DNA from: Lepidodermella squamata
Taxonomy: Eukaryota > Animalia > Gastrotricha
Assembly (NCBI GenBank): GCA_047495785.1
Contig: JBLDXI010000032.1
Coordinates: 682,001-746,000, forward strand
Reading direction: 5' to 3'
DNA: 64,000 nt
The translations under genes were made by a program, and so were the position numbers. The notes below the pieces were generated by a model. It was not told the DNA's origin and did no database searches. It worked only from the letters and a program-made list of their open reading frames with translations. Shown piece after piece: positions 22,597-36,307 of this stretch (its first letter is position 1; each line of letters begins with the position of its first letter).

Positions 22597-24990
22597 TGGC
22601 CTCGTGGCCATGTGGTCACATTCAAAAGAATTTTCGCTATTACAACAACAAATAATCGTGACGTATCGGCGGAATGAATCAAAATCCGGTCAATATGCCA
22701 TATATACATTCTGAGGTGAAACTAATTAATTTTGCATAAAAATTATATGATTTTAGCGTAAATGAGTTGAATATTCGAAAAGACATTATGCCCAGCCATA
22801 TGACGCATTATTAAACTAACTTTTGTGGAGTTTTTTCTTGCGGTAAATCTGCATTAGTGCCGAAAAAGTACCGATATAATCGTATTATGAGTAAAATTAA
22901 AATAAATTTCTGAGTTTTCTGAGTTAAAATTGTTATCTATTTCTGAGTTTCGAAAAATAATTGGAAAAATATGTGGTCAGACTTTTCAGCAGTGACCTTC
23001 AGCAAATGAGGGTCAAATAAGCAGTTAATTTCTAGCAGTGACAAATGAGCAGTGACATTTGAGCTGCGACATTTGCGCAGTGACAAATCCTCAGTGACAA
23101 GCCAGCAGTAATTGTTGATAATTTATCCTAAATTTTTCCAAATTTATTATCTCTATCTCGGTGACATTCTAGCGGGGACATTTCATCAACAGAATTTCCG
23201 CCATTGTGTTTGAGGTTGTAAGTCGAAAAAAATCCGCACGCTGATTGGTGAGGTTGGCTCGTATCCATGACTCCGCCTTGCTACTTGATCGTGCGATCTA
23301 TATAATTTGTGGCTTTTATTATTTTTATGGAGGCCGTATCGTAGCACGCGTTTCCAACAAATGCGTAAAACCATTCATAAAAAGATATTTTTTGCAAACA
23401 TTTTATGGATCGCACGATCAAGTAGCAAGGCGGAGTCATGGATACGAGCTAACTGACCAATCAGCGTGCAGATTTTTTTCAACTTACAACCTCAAACACA
23501 ATGGCCGTATTTAGCAGGGAGCGCTGGAAGTTGAGCTCAAAATCAATCAGATTCGTCGTTCGCCTCGTTAACCTGGTTCTCCTCGTTCCCTTCGTTTACT
23601 TCGTCTTTGTCGTCGATATGGTCGAAACATTCAATTTCCCATGTGTCAACCCATGTGGTTTCGATGAAATTTCGGCCCTCCGAAGCATCAACCTCGAATT
23701 CGGCACAAAAAATGGCGAAGATTGCACGCCAAATGCGAAAAATTTCGCGTTTCGAGCAAGACGCTTGAAGCACACCAAAGCATTTCAGCGCCAGTTTACG
23801 AGCTTCCTTCTTCACAGGTACCTTGAAAGATCATGCATCAAGTGATTTATGCAAAAGGTGACGAGAGTTCCGGAAGTTGGCAGGGTTTTGCCGTCTTTGT
23901 GAGCGTCAATAAACAGGCGGCTCAGGTTGATCACGTAACTTCGCAGATTTTTCTCACAAAATGTAATCACCACGGCATGAAACTCTGCGAAACAGCAATC
24001 GATTACCACCACTCTCGGCATTTTCGCCGCCCTGTGAGCTCGTTCCACCGCCGATTTCCAGGTCGTTAAAAAACAGGGAAACATAATTTTTTATTTGCTG
24101 TCCAATTCAAAATCAATGAGTACGAAAATATTCCATAGCTTAAAAAATGGGTCCAAAGATCACTCGCAAAACATCAGTAAAATTTAGGCTTGTTTTGGAG
24201 AATGTTCAGAAAATCAAGGTGAACTTGTAAACTAATAAAAGAAATACAGGTAACCGAGGGATACAAATATGAAGCCCTAATATTTTACCTGGAATTTTAC
24301 CTGGAACTTGATTTAAAAAAAAGTTGGAGTGAGTGCCTGCATTTTTGGCCTTAAACTTGAATACAAGAGCCACACTCGATTTCAACAATGAAAAATCTTT
24401 CGGTTTACAAATTTGTCACGTCTTAGATACTTTTAGAAGGTACTTAAAAGGTAGGTCAATAGACAAAAATGCTGGATGTTTACCTTCAAAAAGAAAGCGA
24501 TTCTGTCGCCAGTCTGCTCAGCAGAAATCAGCTCACCCACCGGGTAACCCACAGGCTTGTCATCAACCGTTATAGGCAGAAATACGTGTAAAAAAACGCG
24601 CTTGCCCGTTTCATAGTCAAGTTTCCATATACCACCTGTCGCATCCAACACACAAATGATGTATCCATGCTTGACTGCTTCAAAGAATAATTCAATTGAC
24701 AAGCCGAAGTAAAGAACTAGACCCATCGGATAATCCTAATAGAATCAATATTAAAAGCTGCATATTCACAAGTTAATAGTTACTCACAATTGACTGTCGA
24801 ATGTAAGGTTCTGGCATTTTGTTCATCCCGCAGTTTAATGAGATCAAAGCGGGGATCAGCATCGGCTCGACCATCTATAAAACATTGTATTCATAAAAAT
24901 TAATTTTCAAACCCAAGTTCCATCTTTTTCGACTGAATTTTCTGTAGTGCGGTACCTCTGGTACCTCTGTCGTGGGCATTTGAGCAAACA
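22597..24990. repeat. Segmental duplicate of 1-2355 including the left part of the MULE (from 22972)
   Basis: ORFs 23812-24084 and 24433-24726 are identical to 1156-1428 and 1781-2074; flank outside the TIR is also shared; ends in a deletion junction at 24990. Confidence 0.9.
23202..23503. mobile_element. CATTGTG-TIR palindromic MITE with 2-bp TSD
   Basis: ~100-bp inverted arms; TSD GC; empty site TTCAGCTGTATTT at ~841-853 in the first copy. Confidence 0.88.
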
Positions 24991-25598
24991 TATTGTGTTC
25001 ATCTGCTTATGTTTCACCCTTGCAGAACCAACGGTTTTGATTGCCTCGACAATTTGATTTTCCAACGTCTCCCAAACGATATCTTCTAACATTTTCTTCC
25101 CTGCCTCAGTCAATTTGCCGTCGGCGTGGTAGGTAAATAGCCCACAGGGCGCGATATTCGTCGGCGAACAATGGCACTATCGTTACAGCACGCAAGGCTT
25201 CAAAAACGATAGTGTCATGGTCAGTACCCGCAGGAATCTTTAGAAAAGAGAAAAATGACAACAAATAAACTACCGCAGCAAAAAATGTTACTTACAACGC
25301 ATTTAACTACTCCGCGTTTACAGCTTGTGAACGTGTCTATCAAACACGACTTCCCAACACCTATGGCTCCAGTAACAACGATGTAGCGTTGATGGCCCCA
25401 GGAGTAGTTTTGAAGCTGTTCAAGTTCTTTCGTCCTAATAGAGCGCGGACGCAGATCAGGAGACTTCATCAGCAGACCAAGTGTCGGCAGTAAAGAAAAG
25501 CCAGCTATTCCTACAACACTTCCAACAGCCCATTTGATGGATGGTCGCTGAAAGACTCGCGACACCGGTATCCAATATTGTCGCAGTTTCTTAAGCAT
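24991..25598 (-). pseudogene. P-loop NTPase copy 4, internally deleted and 3'-truncated
   Basis: Exon 1 intact; exon 2 jumps from EYRALWAI to DGKLTEAGKK and is cut at QMNTI. Confidence 0.82.
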
Positions 25599-28500
25599 AA
25601 CAGCTCTATATAGGAAGCAGAAATTAGATGAGAATTAGATTCAGAGAAATCTACTATTATTAAGAATAGCAGAAATCGCCTTTTAAAACACGACATTTTA
25701 GCAAAGTAATTGTGCAGTTTCGAGCCATTTTGTTTTATTAAAACGAGTTTTATTAAAGCGAGCTGAATGCAATGGCCGCGCCCTTTTTTCTTAATCTATC
25801 TCAGTTTTCGCGATGTGATATACCCAAAATCGGTAAAAAGAGCCTTATAATGCGGTTCCTTGCCGTTGAAATCCACCGCTGGGAACAAGAAGACGGCGGT
25901 GCAACGTGGTTTTCTGCTGTCATTGAGGATGCTAATGATATATCAAGCGGCCTTGATAAATTGTTGCTCAAGTTTGAGTCTGCGGATCAGAGAAACGCAC
26001 CCTTTTATGGACGAAATGCAATGAAACTAGCTGTTTCACGATGAAAAGGGCAGTGGTATTATGTAAATAGACGGAAAGCCGGGCGAAAACATGTCGAATT
26101 TAATGACATGGATGTTGTTGATGCGGAAGACACATTTCCTTCCTTCTTTACCTTTGATAATCTCTCATCGTGATGTTGTGATACAACGTCGTCCGCAGTG
26201 ATGCCGTAGTTAACTCCTCCCGACTAATCAAAGCTGATCTCAAATGCCTTACCACTGTTATCATCAAAATTGTCTCGCAGAACATGTTAATATCAAAAAG
26301 AAAGAATGCAAGGTATTTTCGATTATAATTATTTAGCCGCTCAATTTATTCCGTTTACTCTGTTCGTGACGCCGTCATGTTCCTTACTAAGGATACTAAG
26401 GGTTACTAAGGGTTCACAAGTGAGCATAGCTTGGTCTTAGTAAGGACTGCCATCCTAATGATCATAACTATGGACACCCACTCTACGCCGCGTCATTCAA
26501 GGTGCACATATCTTTTATCTGAGATCAGATCCTTAGATCGCTCAGTCTGAAACGGCGAAGTCTGAGTAAGGATTGTCGAGTAAGCCATTCCTACCAAGCA
26601 TACCAGTGTCACCGCGTCCTTACTTGGAAGCCATCTTGCTAAGGATGTCTTGCTTAGTAAGGACATCCTTATTAAGGAATTCCTAAGCAAGATGGCTTTT
26701 AAGTAAAGAGAGCGCTTAGCATCTCCTTTACTCATACCTTATGCATCCTTAGCATCCATAGCATGGAAAGTCGACATCGCTAGGCTATGAACAGCCGGTC
26801 ATTTGCACCATTCAGATCAAGTTGAGTGTTTAACAAAACGTCATGTAAACTCTAACATAATTGGCAGCATCCGGCGCGCGGCGTGAGTCGTTAAGAGTGA
26901 GAATTTGGCATCATTTTCGGCGAAAAATTCATTGATATCACTGGATCCGCCGAAGATTTGAGGACAGCCGATGACTGAGACAACGCTTAGAGACTGATAA
27001 CCAAGATCTAATTGAAGAGTGCTCATCTGACCAGAGGATGAGATCTAACTCAGCAGGTATGGCAGAAGGGAGTCACTCCTGCTCAAGAGTTAGTATGGCA
27101 ACACCGGCATTTTCTTGTTTTAGTGTCAACTTATTTTTACGTCTCCTAGTAGATTCACTCATTTGACCGCCCATTTGACCGCTGAATTGTTTGCTAATAT
27201 TATAAATGTTCCGAATATCCCGAAACTCCATTTTCTAGACGGAATGTATCCATAGCAGCAGCAAGTGAAAAACCACGGTGACTCCCCAAAAAAGTCACGG
27301 TAACTAAGAAGTATTAACTCTGCTTTACAAGAAAGCAATGAGAGACAGCGTTTTTGACGGGTGATTTGAAGGCATGGACACCCTTGAACGATCGTGGCGC
27401 AGCATAAGGTCGTAACTCAGCCCGATCCAGCGGAGGAAAGAGATGATTTTATATTTCGTGCATAACTTGGGCTAGGAACATCGTTTTTTCAAGCTGAAAA
27501 CAGGCATCGGCGTGTCTGTTGCAGCACTATCACCGAGATGCGTTGAGATAGTAAGAAACACATGAATCGCGACATAATTCTGGTAATTAGTTCCGCCGCA
27601 GTACATCTATTATATAAAGTGCGCGTGATTCATCGGCCACATAATTGCAAAGAATGTGCTGCGAAGTAGATGCGTTACCGGCGCAAGCGTATTGTTTAGG
27701 GCATAAATGGCTCCAGATGCGCACAAATCGAAGCCGCCACGAAGCTGCTGCTCATAAACAACATTTTCATCCCAACAGACGCATCCTTTTCTTCCTTTTC
27801 TTCTTATTTTTACCCAGAACACACCATTTTATCTTCATAAGCCTGCCAGTTTAGACAAAGAAAAAGTCACTTTTGTCGCTTTAAGACCCATTTTCAGAGG
27901 ATTCAGTTGAATTATATATTTCCAGAATCAGCACGACAAGCCCTGTCTAGCCATGTAAATTTCAATGCTTTATCGCTAAAATTAGTGTTTGAAATCACGA
28001 AAATGGTTATTTTTATTGATGTATTGTCAAATTTTGCCCAATCATCCTAGGAAAATAACGAAAATAAGTTGCAGATTAGACTAGTTTCCTTTACTCCAAA
28101 GAATTTTGCAGTTGATAAATTGGCATTTTGATAATTAATTTGATAATTAATTAAATATCCTAATCCTGTTCCATGCGTAACCATTGGCCGATTTTTACGT
28201 TTAGAATGCTCACTAAAAGTTGCGGTTGGCGTACAGCTGACCGATGAATTGTCTAGTTTTTGCCAGATGGTTCCTCCTCGAGTGGGGTTGTCATGTGGCT
28301 ATGTTACCCCACTTCGTCTCGATCTTTTACCGGGGTGAACCGATTGATCTCATCGCCGGTTTCGGACCGGGGTATTTGGGAAACACTTCCCTTCATCGAA
28401 TTTCAAAAGAACACGATTATTCTTATCTTGCATCGCATTAGCGTGAATTCCCAACCTGGAACTCGACTAATCACCTTTGAAATCAATCTGTCTGGATCAA

Positions 28501-29291
28501 TTGGGTCCTTATTCCTTGGTCAGAAAAAAAACACAAAGCCTTAGTAAGCAGATTCTGAGAGTTCATGGTCTACCTTCAACCGAGAGCAGCTTAACTTCTG
28601 GGTGCGAATCGCGAGCATGCAAAGTCACATGGCAGCCGCGGTGGTTTTAAATCTCTCTTCGACACTTTGAGACCGTGACCACCCATATCGGCACGGCCAG
28701 GTCGTACTAATTTGTACTTCTTTTGGCTAGCTCAAATCTGATCGAACTTGGTCGTACTTTTTTCGGCCTGGTCGTACTTGGTCGCACAACTTTCAGCCTG
28801 TACAGCCAGCAATTCAAGTTCAGCAAAGTGCGACCAATTACGACTTGAATCAACTTGGTCGTAATTTAAAACTTGGCTATTTTAGGATTTGTTCATGAAA
28901 AACTTATGACGACATGCAACTTAAAAGATTATGGAATTCTGCAGGGTATTTATGCTTATTTATGCTCTTGTTAGGAGCTGCATAATACCATAGTATCAAG
29001 CTCTGCTTACCACACGCTTAGCGTGATGACCCTTATTTTAGCTTGCTGCAGCCCCGATAAATCACAAAAATCTCAATGGTGCGACATTTTCGTAGGGCTT
29101 TAGCGACAAGAATCAGCCATCTATTGTGTTCCACCCTATATTTTCTCACAAATTTCTTAAAACTCTTTTCCCTACTTAGGTGATATCGTTTATTTCGGCC
29201 AGGCGTCTTATTTCGGCGTTTAAGGTATTCCTAAATAGGCTAACGTTATACGGATTTGATGATTTTTGACGCCGGATAACAACCATATCTA

Positions 29292-29407
29292 CAGAGCGTT
29301 CGCGTAATAATACTCTTCTAAAAATAACTTTCCTACTTTTTGCATGCACTTTAGCTTTTTTGTAGCTATTTTTAGCTCACCCAGAGTATTATTACGCGAA
29401 CGCCCTG
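29292..29407. mobile_element. Tc1/mariner-type MITE (116 bp)
   Basis: TIR CAGAGCGTTCGCGTAATAATACTCT / AGAGTATTATTACGCGAACGCCCTG; TA TSD. Confidence 0.88.
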
Positions 29408-29409
29408 TA

Positions 29410-29550
29410 GGTGTCATCGGTGGACAGCGATGGATATTCGTCCTTCAGGCCACTATTCCGGCCTTCGGCTGTGCCTCGGGCCTACATAGCAAGGCTTCAG
29501 GCCGATATCCATCGTGCTATCCACCTATGATATCCACCCGGATATTTTAT
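29410..29550. repeat. Short palindromic repeat remnant
   Basis: GGTGGACAGCGATGGATAT / ATATCCATCGTGCTATCCACC arms; its right part recurs at ~61079-61127. Confidence 0.55.
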
Positions 29551-29579
29551 ACAAACTAGTTAATCTTTCCAACTTGGAA

Positions 29580-29768
29580 CATGAGACGTACTATAGGACG
29601 CCGCGGCTCGCAGAACATCAGAAATGATGTGGGTTTTTTAATGAGGTGAAAAGTCCAACTTGCTGATTTTTTGCTATATATTCACACTTCTAGCTCACTT
29701 CTAGCACTTTTTTTCGAGGAAATATTATTGAGGCTTCGAAGCCGCGGCGTCCTATAGTACATCTCATG
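29580..29768. mobile_element. hAT-type MITE
   Basis: TIR CATGAGACGTACTATAGGACGCCGCGGCT; 8-bp TSD ACTTGGAA. Confidence 0.9.
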
Positions 29769-32700
29769 ACTTGGAAATGAATGGAAAATTTCTGCAGTCG
29801 GAGAAAATGAGGAAAGCCTTAGTTTCCTTCAATATTTATGAATATATTTGCCTCAGATTCTGAGAGTTCATGGCAGTCCTAGATTGAGCAGGTCAGATTC
29901 GCGATTGCGAGCATGCAAAAACACGAGTTGGTCACGATTGTTTTGAAAGCCTTTGCCTTGGAAAACTACGGACCGGGAAGCCTTATTGGGATAACTACGT
30001 TCGGAGTTGGCGAGACCTTGAATATCTTTTCTTGGAGTGGCCTTTGGGAGTGGCTATGCTTTTCAATAATCGATCTTAATAACGAACCCCGGACATGGCT
30101 AGTTTAAAGACCAGAAGGGCTGTTCCGAAGAAGCTCGAACATCGAAAGTGAACATCGAAAGTTCAGGCTAGACTGAAGTATTCGAGAGCTTTTTTCGAAC
30201 TGTGCAAGATGACCTGGAGCAACTAAGCATTCTAATAGCCTCTTGACACTTTTATATTATTCAAGTGATTCACCGTTCCAAAACAAGCCGAATATCGATG
30301 ATCTGCATAGGCGTCAACTCAATTCAACTCTCTTAAACTTTCAAGGTGCTACTTCGGCTACGTCAGTCGACGGAAGGCCTGAGTACTTGGGAAACTTGTT
30401 TTTCCAAGGTTCTTCAGCTCTTTCTTATTTCTAAATAAATTCTTCTAAATAAATTCTTCTCATCTTCCGGCTAGAGTATCGGGAATTAATAGCGTTCAAT
30501 AAATTTCGTCGAGATTTTAGTCTGACGATGATTCCATAATGCTCGGAACTCGGAACATTGCAACCTAGTAGTCACGAAATGACTGCGTTGAGATATGGCC
30601 GGGAGCTGGATCCTAAGAAGAAACTCCTTAGAAAGCAACGTTCGGATTCTGATGCATGATGACCAACTCTACCAGGGATAGTACCGGGAATCGGGAATGG
30701 CTTCGCTTTTAATAAACGAGCTTAATAAACTCCCGTGCCTTTGCTAATAAGCCTTTTAACTAACGGGCTTGCGAAGTATCTCGCGAAGCAGAATATCAAT
30801 TTTGGGAAAACTTATTTTCTCAAGTCCAAACTTCTTCCCAAGCTATTCGGAATTAGAGTTAAATTTGCCAGACCTCAACGCCTTCTGTTATCTTTCATTC
30901 CTTTCCCCGCTCTTGACTGCTATTTAGCGCACGCTACTATGACGGCCGTGGAAGACTTTCCCGGGATAGAAGCCGAATCTTTTATCAAATATGGTGTCAA
31001 ACCAGGCCCTGAAAGTTGAGCTATCCATCCTAATCAAAATTTTATTAATTAGCTATATCAAATCCTAATTTAATTAGCTATCTTGATAAATTGGCCCGCG
31101 TAAAATCAAAAAGTTGTTCGAGATTGCTTGAAGCCGGATCCTTTGTGAGGGTAAAATTCAGTTAACTGTGGCAATTGTTGGAGATGTTCACCGTTCATGA
31201 TTTGGCGTTGAAACGGCGAAGTTCTTCAATTCATCCTCTTTATTAAGATCCCGGCAATGCGCCACGAACGACCTTACTTGGCTATTCATCGAAATTATAT
31301 CCTTGGTTTAGAATCAAATCTAGTTAGCCTTGATGTTTCATAATGTTTCTGAAAGATCAATGCCAGTCCTAACCCAAACTACTTATCCCTATTACTCATC
31401 TTGATTAAGAATCAACAGTGAGGCTTATCAACTTTGACATTAACGGCATTTTTCTTACGATTTCATTACGCACCCTCTGTTTAGAGTATTTTGATGTTTT
31501 AAATAGGTATTCGAACCTTTGGCGGAGTTCTGAAAACCAATGACCAGTCTTATTATAGACAACTTTCGATGTCGATTCGGCTAAGAAGCATCATGCCCGT
31601 GTTGTTCCGAGTATCACCAACACCCTCGATTACATCCGCTTTCGCCGCGGACATTTTTGCTCGAGCCGGTGCTGTTTATCGCTTGGTCCGCTCGCGTTGC
31701 TGCTCAGTTGACCGGAAGGGCCGTATGGACTGTCGCCGGTCGTGGTGGCGCGCATGCCTGGGTACGCAACTGCACTACATCAAGGCGAGAAGCTGAAGAC
31801 GTTGCCATCATGCTCCACTTGGAACTTGGAAGATTTCATCGCTGACTTCAATTGCCGACGCAATTCCTTCTAAGAGCACAGCTGTTCAGCTGCCTGTCGC
31901 TCAGCCGTGCGCGAATGCCGTCAACCTTCAACACGTCGCACATCCTTATTTACGTCCAGCCTGTTCAACAGCAACTACCGGCTCCGGCCTATCTCGCACA
32001 GTTGCCTTGTTGCGCAACCCACGACTACGCCACCGCAGTGCGGTCTGCAAGTCGTGATGCCTTGTGCTCAGCGATATGGTCATTCAGCCCAGTTTACTCA
32101 GCCTCAGCGACTCTAACTCTATCAGCAACAGCAATTGCCTGGAGCCATCGCTTTTCTCATCGATCATACTTTAGCAAGAGATTTCCTGGATTCAACTGGA
32201 TCAATGATCAAGATGAAAAAATTTCGGTAATTCTCTTAATTACGGAATCCGAAATTAAGAGAACATTAATACCAATTCGATCAATTTAGAGAGACGACGT
32301 CTTTTATTTTGTAGTAGGTATATAGTAAATACTTGAAAAGGCAGGCTTCGTCTTTATGCGAAACTTATCATCCTGGAAGAGTCTCGAAGAATCCAAATAA
32401 CCGCCAAAAATGTATAAGCTCACTTCGCATGGAAACTGGCTTGGAACAATTTATACTTTACTTATTGCAATAAAGGTTGAGAGTGTAGTAAATCAGACCA
32501 TTTTATTCTAAATTTTCGAAAGGTTTTATGAGAATTTCCCATCAGCTGCGGCCGTTTAGGATGTCTATATGGCTATCTGAATTGAGCAGAAGAACAGGAA
32601 TTCCACGTCTACACAGATTAAATGATTAAGGTAAGCATCACGCATTGAATGAGTGTCAGCAGAGCATTGAATGAATCAGATGTCGCATTTAGCGGCGAGC

Positions 32701-33230
32701 TACTTTTGCGGAACTAGTTCGGGCTCGAATATGGCTAGTATGCATAAATATTCACAAAGCCAGATGTATTCCAGTACAGCCGAAAAAGATTTGACGCGCG
32801 CTCATCGAAAAATGACAAGTTGACAAAAGTTGACGTGACTTTGTCAGCCACCAAGACAGGTCTGGAGTCCGGAAGTCTTCTATATATCGATAGGAATAGC
32901 ATTACACAGTCTGTCTAGTTGATTTAACTATGAATCAATTAAATCCGCTCTCTTGCGGTAAGAAAAATGAGTTATGACCTTATGCTGCGCAACGATCGTG
33001 AAGACGGTGATAATGAGATCTATGCTCTGAAAGACCGACTGGCTGTTAGGGCAGGCGTGCTAAAAATAACCATCATCCAACAAGAGCGGCTGTGGTAATC
33101 TTGTAGAGAATATATAACTATACTTAGAAACACTGTTTCCGCAAGGAATAACCGCACTCAGATGGAAGTTTTCGCGGTTATACGCCCAAGAACTGCGAAA
33201 AACGTCACAAAAAATGTTTGTTTAGGCTTA

Positions 33231-34178
33231 AGCTGGGTTCACGGACTCGCGATTTGTCGCGCGCGACAACTGAGCGGCGCGACAAATCCGGTGTCGCGCG
33301 CGACAGTCGCGCACTTGTTCACGGACTCGGCGGTGTCGCGCGTGTCGCGGGTGTCGCATCAGTGTTGCGCGCGACAAAACGCTCGGGTGTTCACGGACTC
33401 AGCGACGCGACAGGCGCGCGAACAATAGGGATGGACGGCCGTTGCGTAACAGCGAGCGACAGAAAGAACAATGGATTTTGTCGCTTGTCGCGTCGCGAAG
33501 GGGAAAATAGCCTGTTTTGGGCGCGACAACGCGACAACGCGACAAGTTGGAGGCAAGTAGGCAATAATAATAGTAATAATAATAACGATAAACCGCCCGC
33601 CCGCAAAGATCAAATGCCATAGTAATAATAATAATAATAACAATAAACCGCCCGCTCGCACAAGATAAAATGCCAACCATACGCAAAACTCAGGTTTATT
33701 CGGACTCGATACAAGGTGTATCGTGATGTGCCTGCGCCTTTTTTCTTACCTTCCAAATTGTATATTTTCGTTCGTTTTATCTGGAAAAAAGGACAAAATA
33801 AAAAGCTTTTCGTTTTCGTTTCGTATAGGCTTTAATTTTATTTTTTTTCGCGCGAGAAACCTGTATTCATTCAATAACGAATTTTGTAGATTTTATTTCA
33901 GAACAAAAACCGCCGTGAAATTGTAAAGTAGCCCTTTGACATGCGCGCGGCCAATAATATTTTGAAAATTATTTCTAATTTTTCATAATTTATTTCGCTT
34001 TTACCCGTAATTGCGCGACCGACGTTTGGGGTCGGACGGAACCCAGTTGAGCCACAACAACAGTTTGTCGCGCGCGACAGAATTTTCAAGCGTGACTGTT
34101 TTGGTGCGACACACCCGCGACAGTCGCGTTGTCGCGCGCGACACTTGTCGCGCAGTCGCAGAGTCCGTGAACCTAGCT
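33231..34178. mobile_element. PIF/Harbinger (Tourist-like) MITE
   Basis: TIR AGCTGGGTTCACGGACTC / GAGTCCGTGAACCTAGCT; TTA TSD; TGTCGCGCGCGACA subterminal palindromes; internal (AAT)n two-unit tandem at ~33563-33680. Confidence 0.85.
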
Positions 34179-34669
34179 TTAGTGGTTACATCTACATGAT
34201 CCACATTTAGGAAAAAAGACGCCGGCTGCCTTATTAAATGCTTGAAATGCTATCAGAAAAACACTAACAAAGGTGCCGTCACCGGTGATAAAATGCGGAA
34301 TTACGGGGGAGAAGTTGCGCGCCGGAGAACTGGCGGTGCGCGTAGCGGCTACAACGCGAAAACGCGCGGCATCGCGCAGCACGCTTTTCCGTAGCAAAAA
34401 AATTTTTATTTAAAAAAAATTATTAATATAATAAAATACAAATATTTTTAAAAGGATATTCAATTTTGTGCATAAAATTTTGCGGTAGCACGCGATTTTT
34501 CCAACGCGCGAGGCGGATTTTCGGTTTTCAAAAGAACACCCTGTATTACTATGCTACTAAAATTTTCATTTTCCTAATTTCCGAAAAATTCTTATATATT
34601 TTATAAATTTGTTTTCAAAAAAAAATTTATTTCCGGCAGCTTTGATTCTAGTTTATTCTAGTCTAAATA

Positions 34670-35865
34670 TTATTTCAAAAGTTCCTTTAATTTTTCACGT
34701 GGTGGTACTTTGGTTAGGTTGTGCCGAATAACTAGCCCGATTGCCGGAGTAGCAGGAACAAGAGAATGTTTTCCACTCCGATACACCTCGCGCAAGACGT
34801 AATCCGGATCTGGACGCTCCATCTTCTGGTTCACCAACACTGCACTTGGAACATTCAGCGTCGTTTCGTCGAGCAGTTTCAATATTGTGTTCATCTGCTT
34901 ATGTTTCACCCTTGCAGAACCCACGGTTTTGATTGCCTCGACAATCTGACCCTCCAAAGTCTCCCAAACGATATCTTCTAACATCTTCTTCCCTGCACCA
35001 GTCAATTTGCCGTCGCGGTCTCTTTCCGCACGTGAATAGTTTGCGACGATATTCTGGTTTTGATGTGGGAAGCCTCCAAGCACTGACCATACTGCCAACT
35101 TCAAGCCTACAGCATCTAGATCAGCGAATAAAACATGAAATTCAGGAATCCTCCACATTTGGTCTTGATCGTAAGGCTCAACATTTATCACATCCTGTCT
35201 CCCCGTTTCCAATAGTCCAGGAGGAAGCGTGTTCGGAGGGCCATCCACAATGACGTGAAGCCCATACTTTTCTGTTAGCAAACGAACGGCACCAGTAAGC
35301 TTTGCGTAAGGTTCCTTATCCTCAGGCGACCGTTCGCTAGCACGAATCACAAGAAATGGCGATTTTCCAGTCAGGCGCTTGAATAGGTGAATGGCCCACA
35401 GAGCGCGATATTCGTCGGCGAACAATGGCACTATCGTTAAAGCACGCAAAGCTTTAAAAACGATAGTGTCATGGTCAGCACCCGGAGGAATCTGTATAAA
35501 AGAGAAAAATAGCAAAAAATGAACTACCGCAGCAAAAAATGTTACTTACAACGCATTTAACAACTCCGCGTTTACAGCTTGTGAACGTGTCTATCAAACA
35601 CGAATTCCCAACACCTATGGCTCCAGTAACAACGATGTAGCGTTGATGGCCCCAGGAGTAGTTTTGAAGCTGTTCAAGTTCTTTCGTCCTAATGGAGCGC
35701 GGACGCAGATCAGGAGACTTCATCAGCAGACTTCATCAGCAGACCAAGTGTCGGCAGCGAAGCGAATCCAGCTATTCCTACAGCACTTCCAACAGCCCAT
35801 TTGATAGATGGTCGCTGAAAGACTCGCGACACCGGTATCCAATATTGTCGCAGTTTCTTAAGCAT
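34670..35865 (-). pseudogene. P-loop NTPase copy 5, frameshifted with Walker A K->N
   Basis: 13-bp tandem duplication at ~35716-35741 shifts exon 1; GVGNS replaces GVGKS; intron 35549-35492; exon 2 open. Confidence 0.82.
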
Positions 35866-36307
35866 AACAGTTCTATAGGAAGCAGAAATTAGATACAGAT
35901 AAATCTATTAATAAGAACAGAAGAAATCGCCTTATAAAGACGATATAATAGCAACGTAATTGTGCCATATCGAGCCATTTCGTTTTAATATGATGTTATA
36001 TTTTCGTGCGACGTTTAGGCCACGAAATGGCCATCGTCAGGCAGTATCTTAGAATTCGAAAATCGATACTCTGGTATGGGAGAAAACAAAACAACCCATG
36101 AGTTTAATAGGAAAAAATGTAACACAATTGTTACAAAGTGAGGAACGTTCTTCTTAAGACATGAGAACCAAGAGTTAACAAACCAGAATTTTCAACGAAT
36201 TTGTGTACAGTTGCCGCATCGGCAAGAACCGTGGAGAACCTCCAGCTATAAATTTAATGGAACAGCCTTCTAATATTGAGCAAAAATCCAATTAATCTTG
36301 AAATGTT

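Noticed and set aside
26380-26760. TAAGG/CCTTA-rich palindromic stretch as a defined MITE
   Set aside because: No clear termini or TSD could be read.
31569-32289. GC-richer ORFs as a gag-like gene
   Set aside because: Only a faint resemblance, broken frames, and no LTR or pol context.
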